Virus record (IMG/VR): IMGVR_UViG_3300035675_000006
Origin: an uncultured virus (IMG/VR IMGVR_UViG_3300035675_000006)
Lineage: Duplodnaviria; Heunggongvirae; Uroviricota; Caudoviricetes
Strand: one strand, 5' to 3'
Length of the DNA: 64,000 bases
The position numbers and the translations under genes are program-made. Shown here in pieces: positions 47,172-59,500 of this stretch (position 1 is the stretch's first letter; every line of letters begins with the position of its first letter). A model generated the notes under the pieces. It saw nothing but the letters and a program-made list of their open reading frames with translations. It was not told the origin of the DNA and ran no database searches.

Positions 47172-47788
47172 TGCTTGCCATAAACAAGATCCTGGTCATA
47201 AATCTGGTCAGACGCGTGGATAGACTGCAGCACATGACTGCAGAGCTCGCCCACTGGGGTAAGACTTTCGAACGCATGGATGCAATAACTCTTCCGGACA
47301 AGAAGAATTTCCCCAATAGGTACATTCGATCCAATTGGATCAGTCACGAGGAATGTCTTGAGGTGGCGCGTCAGAACACAACAGGCCTGACACTCGTGCT
47401 GGAAGATGACGTGCGCATAAAGAGCTTTCCTGAAGTTGAGCAATGCGCGACAGACATCCAGGCTATACCAGAATGGGACATGTTGTATTTCTATGGCTCG
47501 GGCAAACGCGGAGCCATAGACCGTCTGCAAGGCGTCTACAATTCACACTGCTATGTAGTAAACCCTATGTCCGCTGCCAAAGTCCTGAAGCACACCCGGG
47601 AGAAACGTGAGCTGATAGAAGCAGGGCAAGAGACACAGAACGACTGCCTGCTGATCGACCTGTACTGGGGAAACTATCTTCAGCGCATGCTGCAGATATA
47701 CGGAACAGAAATGCTGATAACCCAGGACAAAGAGAAGTTCGGCAGTGACACGGGTAGTGGATGGAAAGGGCAATACTCGCATGACTAG
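47171..47788 (+). CDS. Glycosyltransferase family 25
   Basis: INL.RR.DR, SH, LEDD, H.Y.V. Confidence 0.82.
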   Translation: MLAINKILVINLVRRVDRLQHMTAELAHWGKTFERMDAITLPDKKNFPNRYIRSNWISHEECLEVARQNTTGLTLVLEDDVRIKSFPEVEQCATDIQAIPEWDMLYFYGSGKRGAIDRLQGVYNSHCYVVNPMSAAKVLKHTREKRELIEAGQETQNDCLLIDLYWGNYLQRMLQIYGTEMLITQDKEKFGSDTGSGWKGQYSHD

Positions 47789-47994
47789 GAAGGTAATGAA
47801 TCTGGACAAGATGCTGCGACACAATCATGCGCTGCCAGTGCGGCCACCTCTGGATAACGAAGCAGCTACAGTTCATTTCAGGATGCTGCTTATGGCGCAA
47901 TCCAATATGCCTTACCCGGCAAAAGATTGGGAAGAAGACATAGAAGTGATGGAAAAGTTCTTCAATGAACGATGCCTGAAAAAGGAGAAGTGAA

Positions 47995-48819
47995 ATGGCT
48001 GACGGTCAGCCTGATCTCGATTTCAAAAGAGACATTTACGAAAAATACAACAGACAAGTATGCTGCAACTGCAAAAGATATCACTGGCTCATTCGCCGTG
48101 AATCAGCCTCGCAAATGGACCTCAGCCAGGATGTCTGGTGCATCCTGTCCCGACTGGCAAACTTTTCCTACGAACCCGATAGAATAGGGGGATATATCAA
48201 GAAAAGCGCGTACCATGTGTGCTTGAGATCAGGATCCAGATCTCAGATCATACGCATTCCTAATCACAAATACTACAGATTATGTAAAGCCAACTTGAAC
48301 TATCTCCCTGAAGAAGAAGCACAGCTGTTGCTTTCAAAGCCTCGTGACAGATTCGTAATGCCGTTGACTGACAATATAGACATTCCTGAAGAAGATCCTG
48401 AGATGTATAACAGAGGCATGTATCGTCTGAAAGACGTGCTACCTGAATTCATAAAGAAGCTTTCTCCCCAACAGCAGTTGGTACTGGCCTTACGGTTTGG
48501 TCTTGGGGATTTGCCTGAACAAACCATGGAATACATAGGTAAAATACTAGGGCGCACCAGAGAATACGTTCGTCAGATAGAAGAAAAAGCCGTACGCAAT
48601 CTACGTCAAAAACTTCTAGAGTCAGGTATTCTAGATGAGGATGAACACGCGCGATTATCAAAGATACCTCATCAAAAATGTTCTTATATGCTTAACTCTA
48701 CTACACCGTCAAAAGCCACTCGCCCTGATGAAACACCTGTTCCCCATGGTGTGAAACACGTTAGTTCGAAAACTCTTGGCCAAAAGCTATGTCATATGAA
48801 AGGGAGGCTATATGGGTAA
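47995..48819 (+). CDS. Sigma-70-like factor (region 4 HTH)
   Basis: IRIP; LALRFGL..TMEYIG..LGRTREYVRQIEEKA. Confidence 0.8.
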   Translation: MADGQPDLDFKRDIYEKYNRQVCCNCKRYHWLIRRESASQMDLSQDVWCILSRLANFSYEPDRIGGYIKKSAYHVCLRSGSRSQIIRIPNHKYYRLCKANLNYLPEEEAQLLLSKPRDRFVMPLTDNIDIPEEDPEMYNRGMYRLKDVLPEFIKKLSPQQQLVLALRFGLGDLPEQTMEYIGKILGRTREYVRQIEEKAVRNLRQKLLESGILDEDEHARLSKIPHQKCSYMLNSTTPSKATRPDETPVPHGVKHVSSKTLGQKLCHMKGRLYG

Positions 48820-49546
48820 AGTGTCTTTCTGCACGACCTGCAAGGGCCGGCTTTACCAATTCAGACAGACCATCTTCAAGAACATAGAAGACAACGCTGA
48901 TCATCCAGACACAGAATTCGTTGTGCTCAACCACAACTCGCCAGACCACCTGGATGATTGGGTTCGAGACAACCTGAAGCCATTTCTTGAGTCAGGCAAA
49001 CTGTGCTACTACAAAATGATAGACGTTCTTCCGTGGCACGTATGCCATGCCAAGAACGCCGCGCATCGCCTGGCTACCGGGGAGATCGTGTGCAACCTGG
49101 ATGGCGACAACTTCACAGGGCCGGGATTCGCGTCATTCATCAATGCCGAGATTGCCAAGAACCGTGATATTATTGGCTGGTTGCGCCGGGGTAGTTCAAC
49201 GTGCGGGCGCATATATCTGCTGGCTGAGCATTTCAAGAAGCTGGGCGGATACGACGAAAAATTCATGCCCATGTCTTACCAGGATATGGATCTCATCGCT
49301 CGAGCCCAGAAGATAGGCTTGAAGCTGGTCCATACGCGTGATCGGGCTGAATTCACGCAAGTCATCCCGAACGCGAATGATAAGACTAAATACTGCAAAG
49401 CCAACCTGTCTCTTATGATGATGGATCAGCATAACCGTGCCATCAGCAAGAGACGCATGGATATGAAAATCTACAGTGTAAATCCCGGAGGCTATGGTAA
49501 ATGTAAGGTGTTGAAGAACTTCACAGAAATCATTGAACTTGCATAG
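48812..49546 (+). CDS. Glycosyltransferase (GT2/GT7-C-like)
   Basis: AKN, LDGD, GGYDE...QD.D. Confidence 0.8.
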   Translation: MGKVSFCTTCKGRLYQFRQTIFKNIEDNADHPDTEFVVLNHNSPDHLDDWVRDNLKPFLESGKLCYYKMIDVLPWHVCHAKNAAHRLATGEIVCNLDGDNFTGPGFASFINAEIAKNRDIIGWLRRGSSTCGRIYLLAEHFKKLGGYDEKFMPMSYQDMDLIARAQKIGLKLVHTRDRAEFTQVIPNANDKTKYCKANLSLMMMDQHNRAISKRRMDMKIYSVNPGGYGKCKVLKNFTEIIELA

Positions 49547-49554
49547 GAGAAAAC

Positions 49555-50391
49555 ATGAAAGTGCTCCTGATCGGTCGTGGTCATCTGGGGACGTTCCTGA
49601 AGAAGAGATTCGCCGTTCCGGATCACCTGCATTACACCGGCGAGCTTGCAGACATCAAGATGTTCAGCAACCTGGCTGTGAACACTGCGGGCAAGACATC
49701 TCTGGAGTGGTGCGAAGCGAACCCCACGGAGACATTCCGGTGCAACGTGATCGCACCACTGATGGCGTTCCGGCAGTTCAAGACGCAGAACCACCCCAAA
49801 CACAGCCTGTTCGTGCACATATCTTCAGGCTGCGTGTGGGACGGGCCCTTCCCGCCAATAGGCCTTGGTTTCACTCCCAATGAGCCTGTGACGCCTCAAT
49901 GCTTCTATTCCTGGACCAAAGCCGCTTGTGACGGTTTGCTGCTCCAGGAGTCACAGGGATGGAATCTAGCCATACTCAGGCCGCGACAGGTATACTCACC
50001 GCTCGCGTCACCTAGGAACACTCTTACAAAGATCAGAACTTATCCCAAACTTATCCGTACGCAAAACAGCATGACTAGTGCAGATACAATCGCTCTAACA
50101 ATAGATCGAATTGCTATGTACCCTGATCATGCTCTCAATGGTAGGATAATCAACGTGTACGATCGCGGGGTAATAACGCCTTATGAAGTAGGTTGTATGC
50201 TGGCTACGGCAGGATTACGTGAGAAACCTGAGCTGCTGGAGAAAAAAGACCTGGACCTTACTCTTAAGCCTAAACGGGTAGATACTGTTCTCGAGGACAA
50301 GTTCTTTGAGGACCTCGTTCGCCCACCCAAGATCGAAGACGAAATGCCGCGCATTATTCAGGAGTACAAAAAAGCATGTCTTACGCCGTAA
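49555..50391 (+). CDS. RmlD-like NAD(P)-dependent sugar-nucleotide reductase/epimerase
   Basis: GRGHLG, NTAG, HISSGC, YSWTK. Confidence 0.8.
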   Translation: MKVLLIGRGHLGTFLKKRFAVPDHLHYTGELADIKMFSNLAVNTAGKTSLEWCEANPTETFRCNVIAPLMAFRQFKTQNHPKHSLFVHISSGCVWDGPFPPIGLGFTPNEPVTPQCFYSWTKAACDGLLLQESQGWNLAILRPRQVYSPLASPRNTLTKIRTYPKLIRTQNSMTSADTIALTIDRIAMYPDHALNGRIINVYDRGVITPYEVGCMLATAGLREKPELLEKKDLDLTLKPKRVDTVLEDKFFEDLVRPPKIEDEMPRIIQEYKKACLTP

Positions 50392-50873
50392 GATTCTCCC
50401 TGCTCAAGTGGATCAAAGAGCACATACCTGCTGGACACGTGATACTTGAGTTAGGAAGCGGCTCTGGGACCACTCAGGAGCTCTCCAAAACATATCAGTT
50501 GCACTCAGTTGAGCATGATAAAGAGTGGCTGCATAAGTATCGCAGCCACTACATACATGCGCCTCTGATTAACGGCTGGTACGATCCAGCCATACATGAA
50601 CAGTTGCCGAGGCTATACAACCTGCTGATCATAGACGGCCCTCCTGGAAAAGACAGGGTCAACGTAATCAGGCATTTCAACATGTTTCTCCTGTATGTAC
50701 CGGTGCTTATCGACGACACTGAAAGACCGGGTGAGAAAGAGATAATCAAGCATTTGATAGGACTAGGATATTTTGTGATTGGAGAAGACAAAAGATTTCC
50801 CGCCAAACAGTGGACAGCATTGTCCAGAAAGGCGCTCTTCGATGGATCCGGAACTGCACAAGAAACTCAGTGA
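50376..50873 (+). CDS. SAM-dependent methyltransferase-like protein
   Basis: LELGSG, SVEH, IIDGP, IDD. Confidence 0.75.
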   Translation: MSYAVRFSLLKWIKEHIPAGHVILELGSGSGTTQELSKTYQLHSVEHDKEWLHKYRSHYIHAPLINGWYDPAIHEQLPRLYNLLIIDGPPGKDRVNVIRHFNMFLLYVPVLIDDTERPGEKEIIKHLIGLGYFVIGEDKRFPAKQWTALSRKALFDGSGTAQETQ

Positions 50874-51043
50874 TACACGTGACTTGTTCAGGCAAAATCA
50901 TCGTCCGGATATGCACGCCATACATCTGCGCCTCGTACTGGCAAATATACGCGCACTGAATGCTCTCAACGAAATGTATCCTACCTGGCGTCTCAGCACT
51001 GATGTGAGCGCCATCGAGACCTTCTACAACAAGAGAATCAAGC

Positions 51044-52619
51044 ATGAACGACTATAAACTGTCGTTCCATAAAGCAGATCGCGACTACTGCGTGCGTTAC
51101 AGCGTTTGGTCAGGTGAGACATGTATACTTATGGCGTTGTCTTGGGAGTACCAGAAGATGTGGACTTTGAGTGATCTTTACACGCCTCACGTAGCCTTTG
51201 GTAAAACACGCCAGGATGTATGCATCGCTCTTGAAAAAGAATATAGACCTTGTCCTAGCTGTGATGTGATTGGAGGCATTGAACTGTTTTGGAACAAGGT
51301 GATCAAGCATGAACGCGCCAAGTAGAGTGTTCGCGAACCATTGGAACGGTGGCGACATAACTATCAATATGGAACGACGCGCGCCGCACTGGACCTGCCA
51401 GCCTGCAAACTTCTGCCGCAATGGAAATACCGTACCATGGATATACACTTGTTACGAACTCACGAACCGTATTCATCCACCATGCATTGACTGTAACATG
51501 GTCGGCGCCGGAGAGCTGCTGTTCAACGAACTCATGGATAGAATGCGAAAGGAACAGGCTCATGCATGAGAAACAGCACTTTGAATTGATGGGTAAACGT
51601 AACGTATCACTTTTCAGAAAATTAGGTTTTAGCTGGTGCTGTCTGGCCTCCTGGGAAAAACCACCAGGTAAAGATTGGCAGGGCGGTGCTTGCTCAAAGA
51701 ACATGATGTGCAAAAACTGCGATTTCACACAAGCTATAGAGTTCGCGTTCAATCACCGTATGAAGTACTTGTACAGAAAGGAGCGCGAACGTGCATCTCG
51801 GCGAAGACACAAACATCAAGGTTAGAGAAGAAGGCACTCTGGTTCAAATAAAATTCGATAGCGGCCACGGCTTGTGTACACCTATATCTCTCGATGTCCG
51901 CACTGGAGGAGAAATAACCGCTCCGTGCTTTAACTATACGCTGGAAAGAGAACCCTGTTTCGACTGCCCGATGGTCCAGTCCATTGAAGCGGCCTTCAAC
52001 GAGATAATGCGTCGATACAGGTGGCGCCGAATCAAGAAGGTTCGGACTCAACGTAAGAGGAAGCACAGACGATGGCGAGAAAGACCAGCGAAGAAACGCA
52101 TGCGCTAGACGTAAACGTATACTGCAAGAAGCACAGGCACCTGGCTCGATACGCTGCTTACGTGCTGTCAGACAATATCACTCAGCTGGAATACTGCTGT
52201 CTCATGCAGACTATAGGGGCCAAAGAATACCCGTGCTCGCAGTGTTCCCATGTTGCCGTCATCGAAAGCATCTTCAATAAGGCCGTGAGAACACGTCCTC
52301 CATGGCGAGGGAGAGTGTGGGATCTAAATGTCCGGAGGGACTAGCCTTGGCATTCTCAGAAGAACAGATACACGCAGGTTTGCTGTACTTCTTCGCCGGA
52401 CGATGCATGAACTGTCTCGAAGGATACGTGCTGTGCGGTCATAAATACGGTGAGTGCACTGAGTGCGATCCTGTGTCGGTCATCGAGAGCTTCTACAATC
52501 ATTACGTCACGGACAGTAAATCCGTGAACGACATGTTGTCCAAACTGAACGAGTCAAGAAAGGACTCCAATGAAGAACGCAACAGTGACGGGTCGGACCA
52601 GGATAGTTCCCAAGCCTAA
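51044..52619 (+). other. Six tandem Cys-rich paralogs (family 2): 51044-51325, 51309-51569, 51562-51825, 51791-52108, 52072-52344, 52302-52619
   Basis: CxxC-x6-E-xx-(F/Y/W)N motif in each. Confidence 0.7.
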
Positions 52620-52703
52620 CTTCCAGAACATCCCGGTGCATACAGCTCTTGGTAGAGAGCTGCGCAAAGCGATCGAGCAACTGAACAAGAAGAAAGGCAG
52701 CTG

Positions 52704-53051
52704 ATGATCACGGAACCCCATACAGGCCAGCAACTGTGGACGACAGCGCCCATTGGCCAGGATCTGGCTTATGGTGACAAGTTCTCTCCACCCTGGTGCG
52801 GAAAAGCGCACCAGATAAGCCAGATGTACAGACAGCTTACGCTGGTGCAGGACGACAACTCGTCGTTGATGATAGGCTTCGACCAGTTGTATGCTACAGA
52901 AGAAGAAGCCTACCGGGCTTACGCGCAGCTTCTGCGCGAACGCATGAAAGTTGATCGCGTGAACTTGTCATTCACATTGGACAAACTGCACAAGATGCGT
53001 GCAAGAGAACGCAAACAGAAATACCGTAAAAAAATTAAGGAGGCGTCATGA
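52704..53051 (+). CDS. Hypothetical protein
   Basis: ORF track. Confidence 0.55.
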   Translation: MITEPHTGQQLWTTAPIGQDLAYGDKFSPPWCGKAHQISQMYRQLTLVQDDNSSLMIGFDQLYATEEEAYRAYAQLLRERMKVDRVNLSFTLDKLHKMRARERKQKYRKKIKEAS

Positions 53052-53629
53052 TCTACACGCATGTCCCGTACAGCCCGGCAACGTGTCCTATGAATCTCGG
53101 GCTCGCCTACAATCTGTTCATGCAACAGCTCGAAGAAGACGACTGGGCCTGCTTCCTGGACCACGACGCGATGTTCACCACGGACACCTGGTACAAGCAG
53201 CTCGAGGAGATCATAGCTTTACCTGATACAAAGCTGGGACTGCTCACGGCAATTACCAACCGGGTGGGCAACGACGAACAGCTGATATTCACCAAAGACT
53301 CTCCTGAAGCCAAGAACCATGATATCTATTTTCATAGGAAGATCGGTAAAGACATGCATATCGCCGAAGGCAACTCGCTGCGCGTAGCACGCAAGATCAT
53401 CGGCGGCGTCATGATGTTGATCTCAAAGAAAATGTGGCGCCAGGTCGGGGGCTTCAAAGAAGGCTTCCTTGGAGTCGATGGCGACATGGATGAGAAGGTC
53501 CGCAAAGCGGGTTACGTAACCTACATAGCAGACGGCATTTACGTGTACCATTGGTACCGTGCCGCGCCCGAGGAAAACGGGCTTAAGCCTTACAAGTACG
53601 ACAAGAGCACTTACCTGCCCCCGGTGTGA
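53048..53629 (+). CDS. Glycosyltransferase family 2-like
   Basis: AYN, LDHD, GGF..GF.GVD, VYH. Confidence 0.75.
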   Translation: MIYTHVPYSPATCPMNLGLAYNLFMQQLEEDDWACFLDHDAMFTTDTWYKQLEEIIALPDTKLGLLTAITNRVGNDEQLIFTKDSPEAKNHDIYFHRKIGKDMHIAEGNSLRVARKIIGGVMMLISKKMWRQVGGFKEGFLGVDGDMDEKVRKAGYVTYIADGIYVYHWYRAAPEENGLKPYKYDKSTYLPPV

Positions 53630-53898
53630 AAATGCACAACCCTGACGTTGCACGCAACAAGCCCAAGCATCTGTCATATCATTTGCAAGATAGATATCTG
53701 ATACGCAATCCCTGTCCTATATTTATTAGCAATGCGCTATTCACATACAATGACTATGCTGGATTACTTCAATGCAACAGCCAGCCTTGGATGCAGGAGA
53801 TGCATAATTGCGTCTGCTGCGGTCCGGAAGAATACTTAGCTAGCGCAGAGCTAATCTTTAACGTAATCCAGGCGCGCAGAAAACTCGTCTCAGAATAG
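53626..53898 (+). CDS. Cys-rich paralog (family 2)
   Basis: CCGPEEYLASAELIFN. Confidence 0.55.
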   Translation: MKMHNPDVARNKPKHLSYHLQDRYLIRNPCPIFISNALFTYNDYAGLLQCNSQPWMQEMHNCVCCGPEEYLASAELIFNVIQARRKLVSE

Positions 53899-53941
53899 GC
53901 GGCGGCATCTACGTGAGATAAAACATGTCAAAGGAGAAGAG

Positions 53942-54361
53942 ATGAACCAGTTACCCGAGAAGTACATTCCTGATTTTAGTCCGTACGAGACAGTAATGCG
54001 TGACGCTTTGAGTGGAGAACCCGTCGGTTGGGGACACAAACCATTAAAGCGCTTTGCAGATGATGAATTCAGTGAACTCGGAAAAGTAGGAGAATGGTTC
54101 TGCTTGCAAGGCAGCTATGCCAACTTATGGTGCCTGGTCACACGTAAATTGACACTTACTGAAGCGATAGACAAGTATGGTCCTGTAACAGAAGTACACA
54201 CTGGGCCGAATGGCGGATTTAAAGATGTTACTTTCGGTACAAAGAAGTTCTGCTCCGAGTGGCTGGACCCTCGTCAAACTATGAACGTAGCTGATAATCT
54301 GATCCGTGCTGACAAACGCGCTCCGCGGATGCCAGATCGTAAGTTGTCTCGATTCTACTAA
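53942..54361 (+). CDS. Hypothetical protein
   Basis: AAGGAG RBS. Confidence 0.6.
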   Translation: MNQLPEKYIPDFSPYETVMRDALSGEPVGWGHKPLKRFADDEFSELGKVGEWFCLQGSYANLWCLVTRKLTLTEAIDKYGPVTEVHTGPNGGFKDVTFGTKKFCSEWLDPRQTMNVADNLIRADKRAPRMPDRKLSRFY

Positions 54362-54472
54362 TCAGAGGAGCCTGTTACATGCATGAAAAACTGATCCCAG
54401 TCCCCTGCTCAGGCTGCGGCAGAATCCTGAGCCTGCCCAAGACGGACAAGAACCCCAAGCCCAGAGGCGTGT

Positions 54473-56283
54473 GTGAGACTTGTCAGGCCAGGACAATCCG
54501 TGTCAGTCCGCGCCCCGAGAAACAAGCCGATGCTCGAACTTCAAATCAGGCGTAGCTTTCGCGTGCTTCGGACAGCCTTTTCATGTCCGCCAAGATATGA
54601 CTGCAACGTGGTCATACTTCGGTATGATCTCGGGATAGTGGACATATGCAAAGAACTCACACGCCAAAATTATTTAGATCAGAAATGCTACGACTGCCCT
54701 TACGAGCTGGAAGATCTACCTGAGATCACTGAAGTGGTCTACAACGAACTGGTCAGGCACCAGTCAGGGACTGGTCCTACTGCAGGAGACAAACATGGCG
54801 AAGAACCGAAAACCCAACCCGATTCATGACGTCACAGGTTGCTGCCGCTGGCCGCAGCAGGAAGAGAAGCTGAGGCGCCAGAGGCAGAAGCCTGAGCAGC
54901 AAGTAAAGTTCGTAGACGACTGGAACTCGCGCGACGGCTTCATCACGAACCCGCCGGCGGAGACCAAGCCTGAAGAACCCAAATCGGAGAAATAGATGCT
55001 TATCCCGGTGAACATCCATGGCATCATGTTCCACAAAGACACCTGTCCAGAAGACTGCCCCATGAAAAACAAGGGCAACTGGACAGGCTGTCTTTACTAC
55101 AACAAGCTCACGAAACAGACCGTCAGCACGTGCCCGAAAGTGACTTGGGCTGACAAGACCGAAGCAGCCGAGTTCATCAAGAAGCAGTCGGAAGACAAGT
55201 CATGCAATTCGAAATGATCAATGAACCGTCTCTCACACGCTGTCACCGTGTGGACAATATATGGAAAGAGCCATTGCATTGCTCTTCCATCATAGAGTTG
55301 GATAAGCTGACGAACACGGCGCGTGTCTGCACGCAATACTTTTACAGGGCACATCGTCCGCAGCCAGCCTACGGCACGTGCTGTGAAGAGCCTGATCTGC
55401 TTCAGGCTCTTGAAATGTGCTTTAACCATTTGATGCAGGAGAACAAACATGGCACGTAAACAATACGGTTGGCCTGCAGTACCCCGTAACAAACGCTGCA
55501 TGATCCTGGCCAGCTACGATACTTATCCGTACATGCTGGTCCACCAGGCCATGAAACTGCCTAACGATGAATACAGGTGGGTGTCTGGCTGGCATGCAGG
55601 ACACCAGAACCTGGGTACTTGGCCTAAAGGCCATTCGAGTCTGCTGGCTGTGTTGTCCACCAGGGACGGCGAGAGACTGGAAGAAGACCTGAAGCGGCTC
55701 ACCAACGAACACCGCGCGTTAAAAGATTGCTTGCATCTGGCCTACATGCTCAAGCGTGATGCACTCTTGACACATTACCCCGTGCGTCTCCCGCGGGGCG
55801 TAGCGGACTTGCACGAGATATGAACAGCGATCTGCGCATCTGGCTGGGATCACAGGAACTCAGCGAATACACTTCTGTGATCTGCAAGAACAGTTCTGGT
55901 GGCACGTGCTTTGTCCTGTACCTTCACCGATGGGGCACTGCGCCACGTCTGTGCCACAGCATTGAGGAGACCTATACTCAAGCCTGCCACGACTGCCCCA
56001 TGGTCAGCGCCTTCGAGATGGCCTACACCGAGTTCATGCGAAAGAAGAAGACATGTTCCGACTAGCTCATAGCTTCACCGTATACCCTAATAATCTGAAA
56101 ATACAGTACTTGAGCTGCTCTTACAAAAACTGCCCAGGCAAAGAGGACGACAACATGTGTGCTCACTGCATATCGGTGAATCCAAGTATATGCTGTGAGA
56201 TAGACCAAATGGAACTGGCAGAGTTCCTGTACAACTGGATGAAAAGGAGATCAAGAGACCATGAAAGCGTTCACACTCATTGA
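54473..56283 (+). other. Small ORFs, mostly family 2 paralogs: 54473-54829, 54996-55217, 55202-55459, 55820-56065, 56053-56283, plus unrelated 55449-55823
   Basis: C-terminal C..(D/E)..E..(F/Y)N motif. Confidence 0.6.
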
Positions 56284-56575
56284 AGCTTTGTGCTGCGTAG
56301 CTGTTGTTCTCATCCTGGGAGGACTAGCATGGCAAGCCATTGCTGGACCAGGACAACCCACTGTGCTCAAAGAACAGGCTGTGGGCGCCCCAGGCAGCAT
56401 CGAAGCGAGCCAGACCCGGACTATTATGAAAGTATCGCATTACCAGCTCGAGAAGTTCGTAACAGATATGCCTACTGATGTCAGGTTAGTCCAGGCCATA
56501 CCTGTGTTCTCAGGAAGCGGCAAGACGCTCGATATCAGCCACTACCTGTGCATCACTGAGAAAGTGACCAAGTGA
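56261..56575 (+). CDS. Prepilin-type N-terminal cleavage motif protein
   Basis: MKAFTLIEAL followed by a hydrophobic helix. Confidence 0.7.
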   Translation: MKAFTLIEALCCVAVVLILGGLAWQAIAGPGQPTVLKEQAVGAPGSIEASQTRTIMKVSHYQLEKFVTDMPTDVRLVQAIPVFSGSGKTLDISHYLCITEKVTK

Positions 56576-59500
56576 ACAAGCCAGTGTATTGCATATTAGA
56601 AGAGAATGACGTAATACTATTACGCGTACACGGCCATGACCCTAATGTATGCTCCATGATACAGTTCAACGCTAAAAGACCGGAAGCATATGCATGCTGT
56701 GAATATGCTTTCAATCTTCACAAAAGGTGTCATGACTGTCCTCACGACATGTGCCACATACCTGAAGCCATAGACTTGTGCTTCAACAAGATGCTTGAGT
56801 GCATGAGGAGAGACCTGTGGCTAAATTCAATATAATCGAAGGCGGTCCAAATAGCGGTGTGTGGGCACATACCAGCGAGAAGCACCTGCATGTCCTGTCA
56901 GCCGATGGCACGTGTGGAATACTGTTTCACTCGGTGGCCCTGGACGAATGCGTGATCTGCGACCTGTTCACAAATCCCATGCATCCCGCCTGGGTGCGAT
57001 GCCATGACTGCAACACTGTCCCTGAAGACCTGATACCCATCATTGAGATGCTCAAGAACTACGCGGAGGGCAATCATGTACCTGCGCAGAAATGAACGTG
57101 GCGGATTAAGTCTTCGATGCAGGTCTTGTAGCTATCAAGGCTTCGTATGCATGGAGTACGACGATCGCGTGTTTCCCGGAGACATATTCGTGTGCGGTCG
57201 TGCCGACGGTTACTGGACTGATGGCGTCCCTGAATGCGAGTACATAGATCTGCTCATGTCAGCTGAGATACTCATGAACTGGAGGGTGCATGTTAAAACT
57301 GACAGTCGTTAAACCATATATCTACGGAGACAGCGTAAACATGCTACGAGTTGATTCACACCACTGCGCTGGAACATGTTTCTGCACATATGCTGATAAA
57401 GATTTACGCCCTTACGTGTGCCATAATGGCACTGTAGGAAGCATGAGTGAGATAACAGACCTGTGCCATGATATAGACTGGATCGAGCTGTCCGAGCTTC
57501 TCAGAAACTGGAGGAAGCATGCTGGTAGCTAGGGCCACGGTTGACACGCTCATGATCTATCAGGACACATGTCAAACAGCCGCTTGCTTCTTCACAGATT
57601 GCCGGCCCATGGGCGCTTGCCATTACTATACTGTCCTGTGCGGCCTGGTGTCCACTTGCAAGCATTACAAGACACAGGACTACATACAGCTGGCAGAACT
57701 ACTGAGAAACTCAGGAGGGCGTCAATGTACGAGTTCCGCCATCAGAGAATGAGTAGCGCCACCCTGTTCACTCGCAAGGGCTGCGGCCTGTCATGCGTGT
57801 ATCGCGTGAAATACAAACAGGACATAACGCGCTGCTGTTTACACATAGACTACTGCAAGTCAATTGACCTGATAGATCTGGCCGAGTTCATAGTCAACTG
57901 GACTGACAGGAGGCAACATGCTGGGAATCAGACATAACACTGATTATGGCAACACAGAGCTTTACTCCGAAACGCGAAACATCGAAACCAACACGCTGGG
58001 CTGGACGCAATGTTCCGGGGTATGCATGGCTAGATACCCTCCAAGACCAAGCCTGGAAGTGAATTACCCGATCAGCACTTTTGGAATGTGTGAGCTGTTC
58101 ACGTTCTGTCACCGTGACGAACTGGTCACTCTTTGTGAAAGGCTCAAGAATGCGCTACGTACTCAAGAGTGACGGGATAGGGCCATTCATGAGACAGAAG
58201 TCTTGCGATGGCATATGCCTGACTCTGATGCGTGTGCCTGCGAATGATAGCGAAGAACCAATCACCATGTACAGACATTGCCATCTTATGTCCGATTGCA
58301 CGCGCGTAAACATGATAGACCTAGCCGAGTCTCTGTACTGCCAAATCAGGAGCAAGCCATGCACACCTTCGATGTGAACCATAAGGCGCCATACCTGCAG
58401 ATCGCATGGCGCTCATGTCCCCGCGATTGCCCTGGGAAGAGCCGTGACTCTTACACGCACCCGACATACAGCTGTGTGTTCCCTGTGATATCGGAACAAC
58501 AGCAGGCTCAGACATGCTACACATTTCGTTGCGAGCCTGAGAGCCTGATAGACCTGGCGGAGTTCCTGAAGCAGAGAGTCTCTAACACAGGAGAAAACAC
58601 GTGTGACTCATGTGAGTGACGTAACCATATCACATCTCAAGTGCTCTGCCATATATGCTCACAATAACAACTGCCCGTACAAGAGAACTTCCATCAGCTT
58701 GTACCACAATTACAATCGCGCGCTTACATGCCTGCATTTCGACGAACTGAATATATGCCCTGGCTGCGACATGACTCTGGCCATAGAGCTTGTCTTCACA
58801 GAGCTCATGCTGGCCAAGCGTCTTAACCAATGGAAACCAGTGTGCTGACACAAGGAGAACCGAGAAACTGTGAAGGTAGCATGGTGTGAATCGTCGGGCT
58901 GTGTGCTGATAAGGTATATCGACGGCTATGCCGTTCGTGGCCCTGACATGTGCACTGTCTTGTCATACTCTCTGTGCTGGGAGCTCGAGGATTGCTGCAT
59001 AACACGTGTACTCAGGTTCTATGGCAAGCCGTGCAATGGCTGTTCTCTTAACATACCCTACGGTGTGGTTCCTGCATTCGAGATAGCTTTCAACAGGGCC
59101 ATACAGGACTTTCAGCATGGCGTTCTCAGGAGCTAGCCATGAAGCATGAGATCTACGAGTTCACCGTGGACGGCAATCTTTGCGGAGTGAGGCGACGCGA
59201 TAACACCTGTTTCATAGTCAACTGCCGCACCCGCTTAGGTGCAGTACAGATCTGTCCATATTACGAGTTTATACATGGCCGTTGCTGGCTGTCAGACAAC
59301 GCTGAGAAAAGGTTTCATTGCAACAACGAGGACTTCGTAGCTATCGCAGAGATGCTTTACAACGGTTTGCTGAGCATCCCGAAGAAGAAGCGGAGAAGCA
59401 AGCGTGTATAAGCAGCGACCCATGGAGCTCGTGCACGCTTACGGGGCGCTATACCTAACTGTCATAGATTGCCCTGCACATACCGACAGCGACGGCAATA

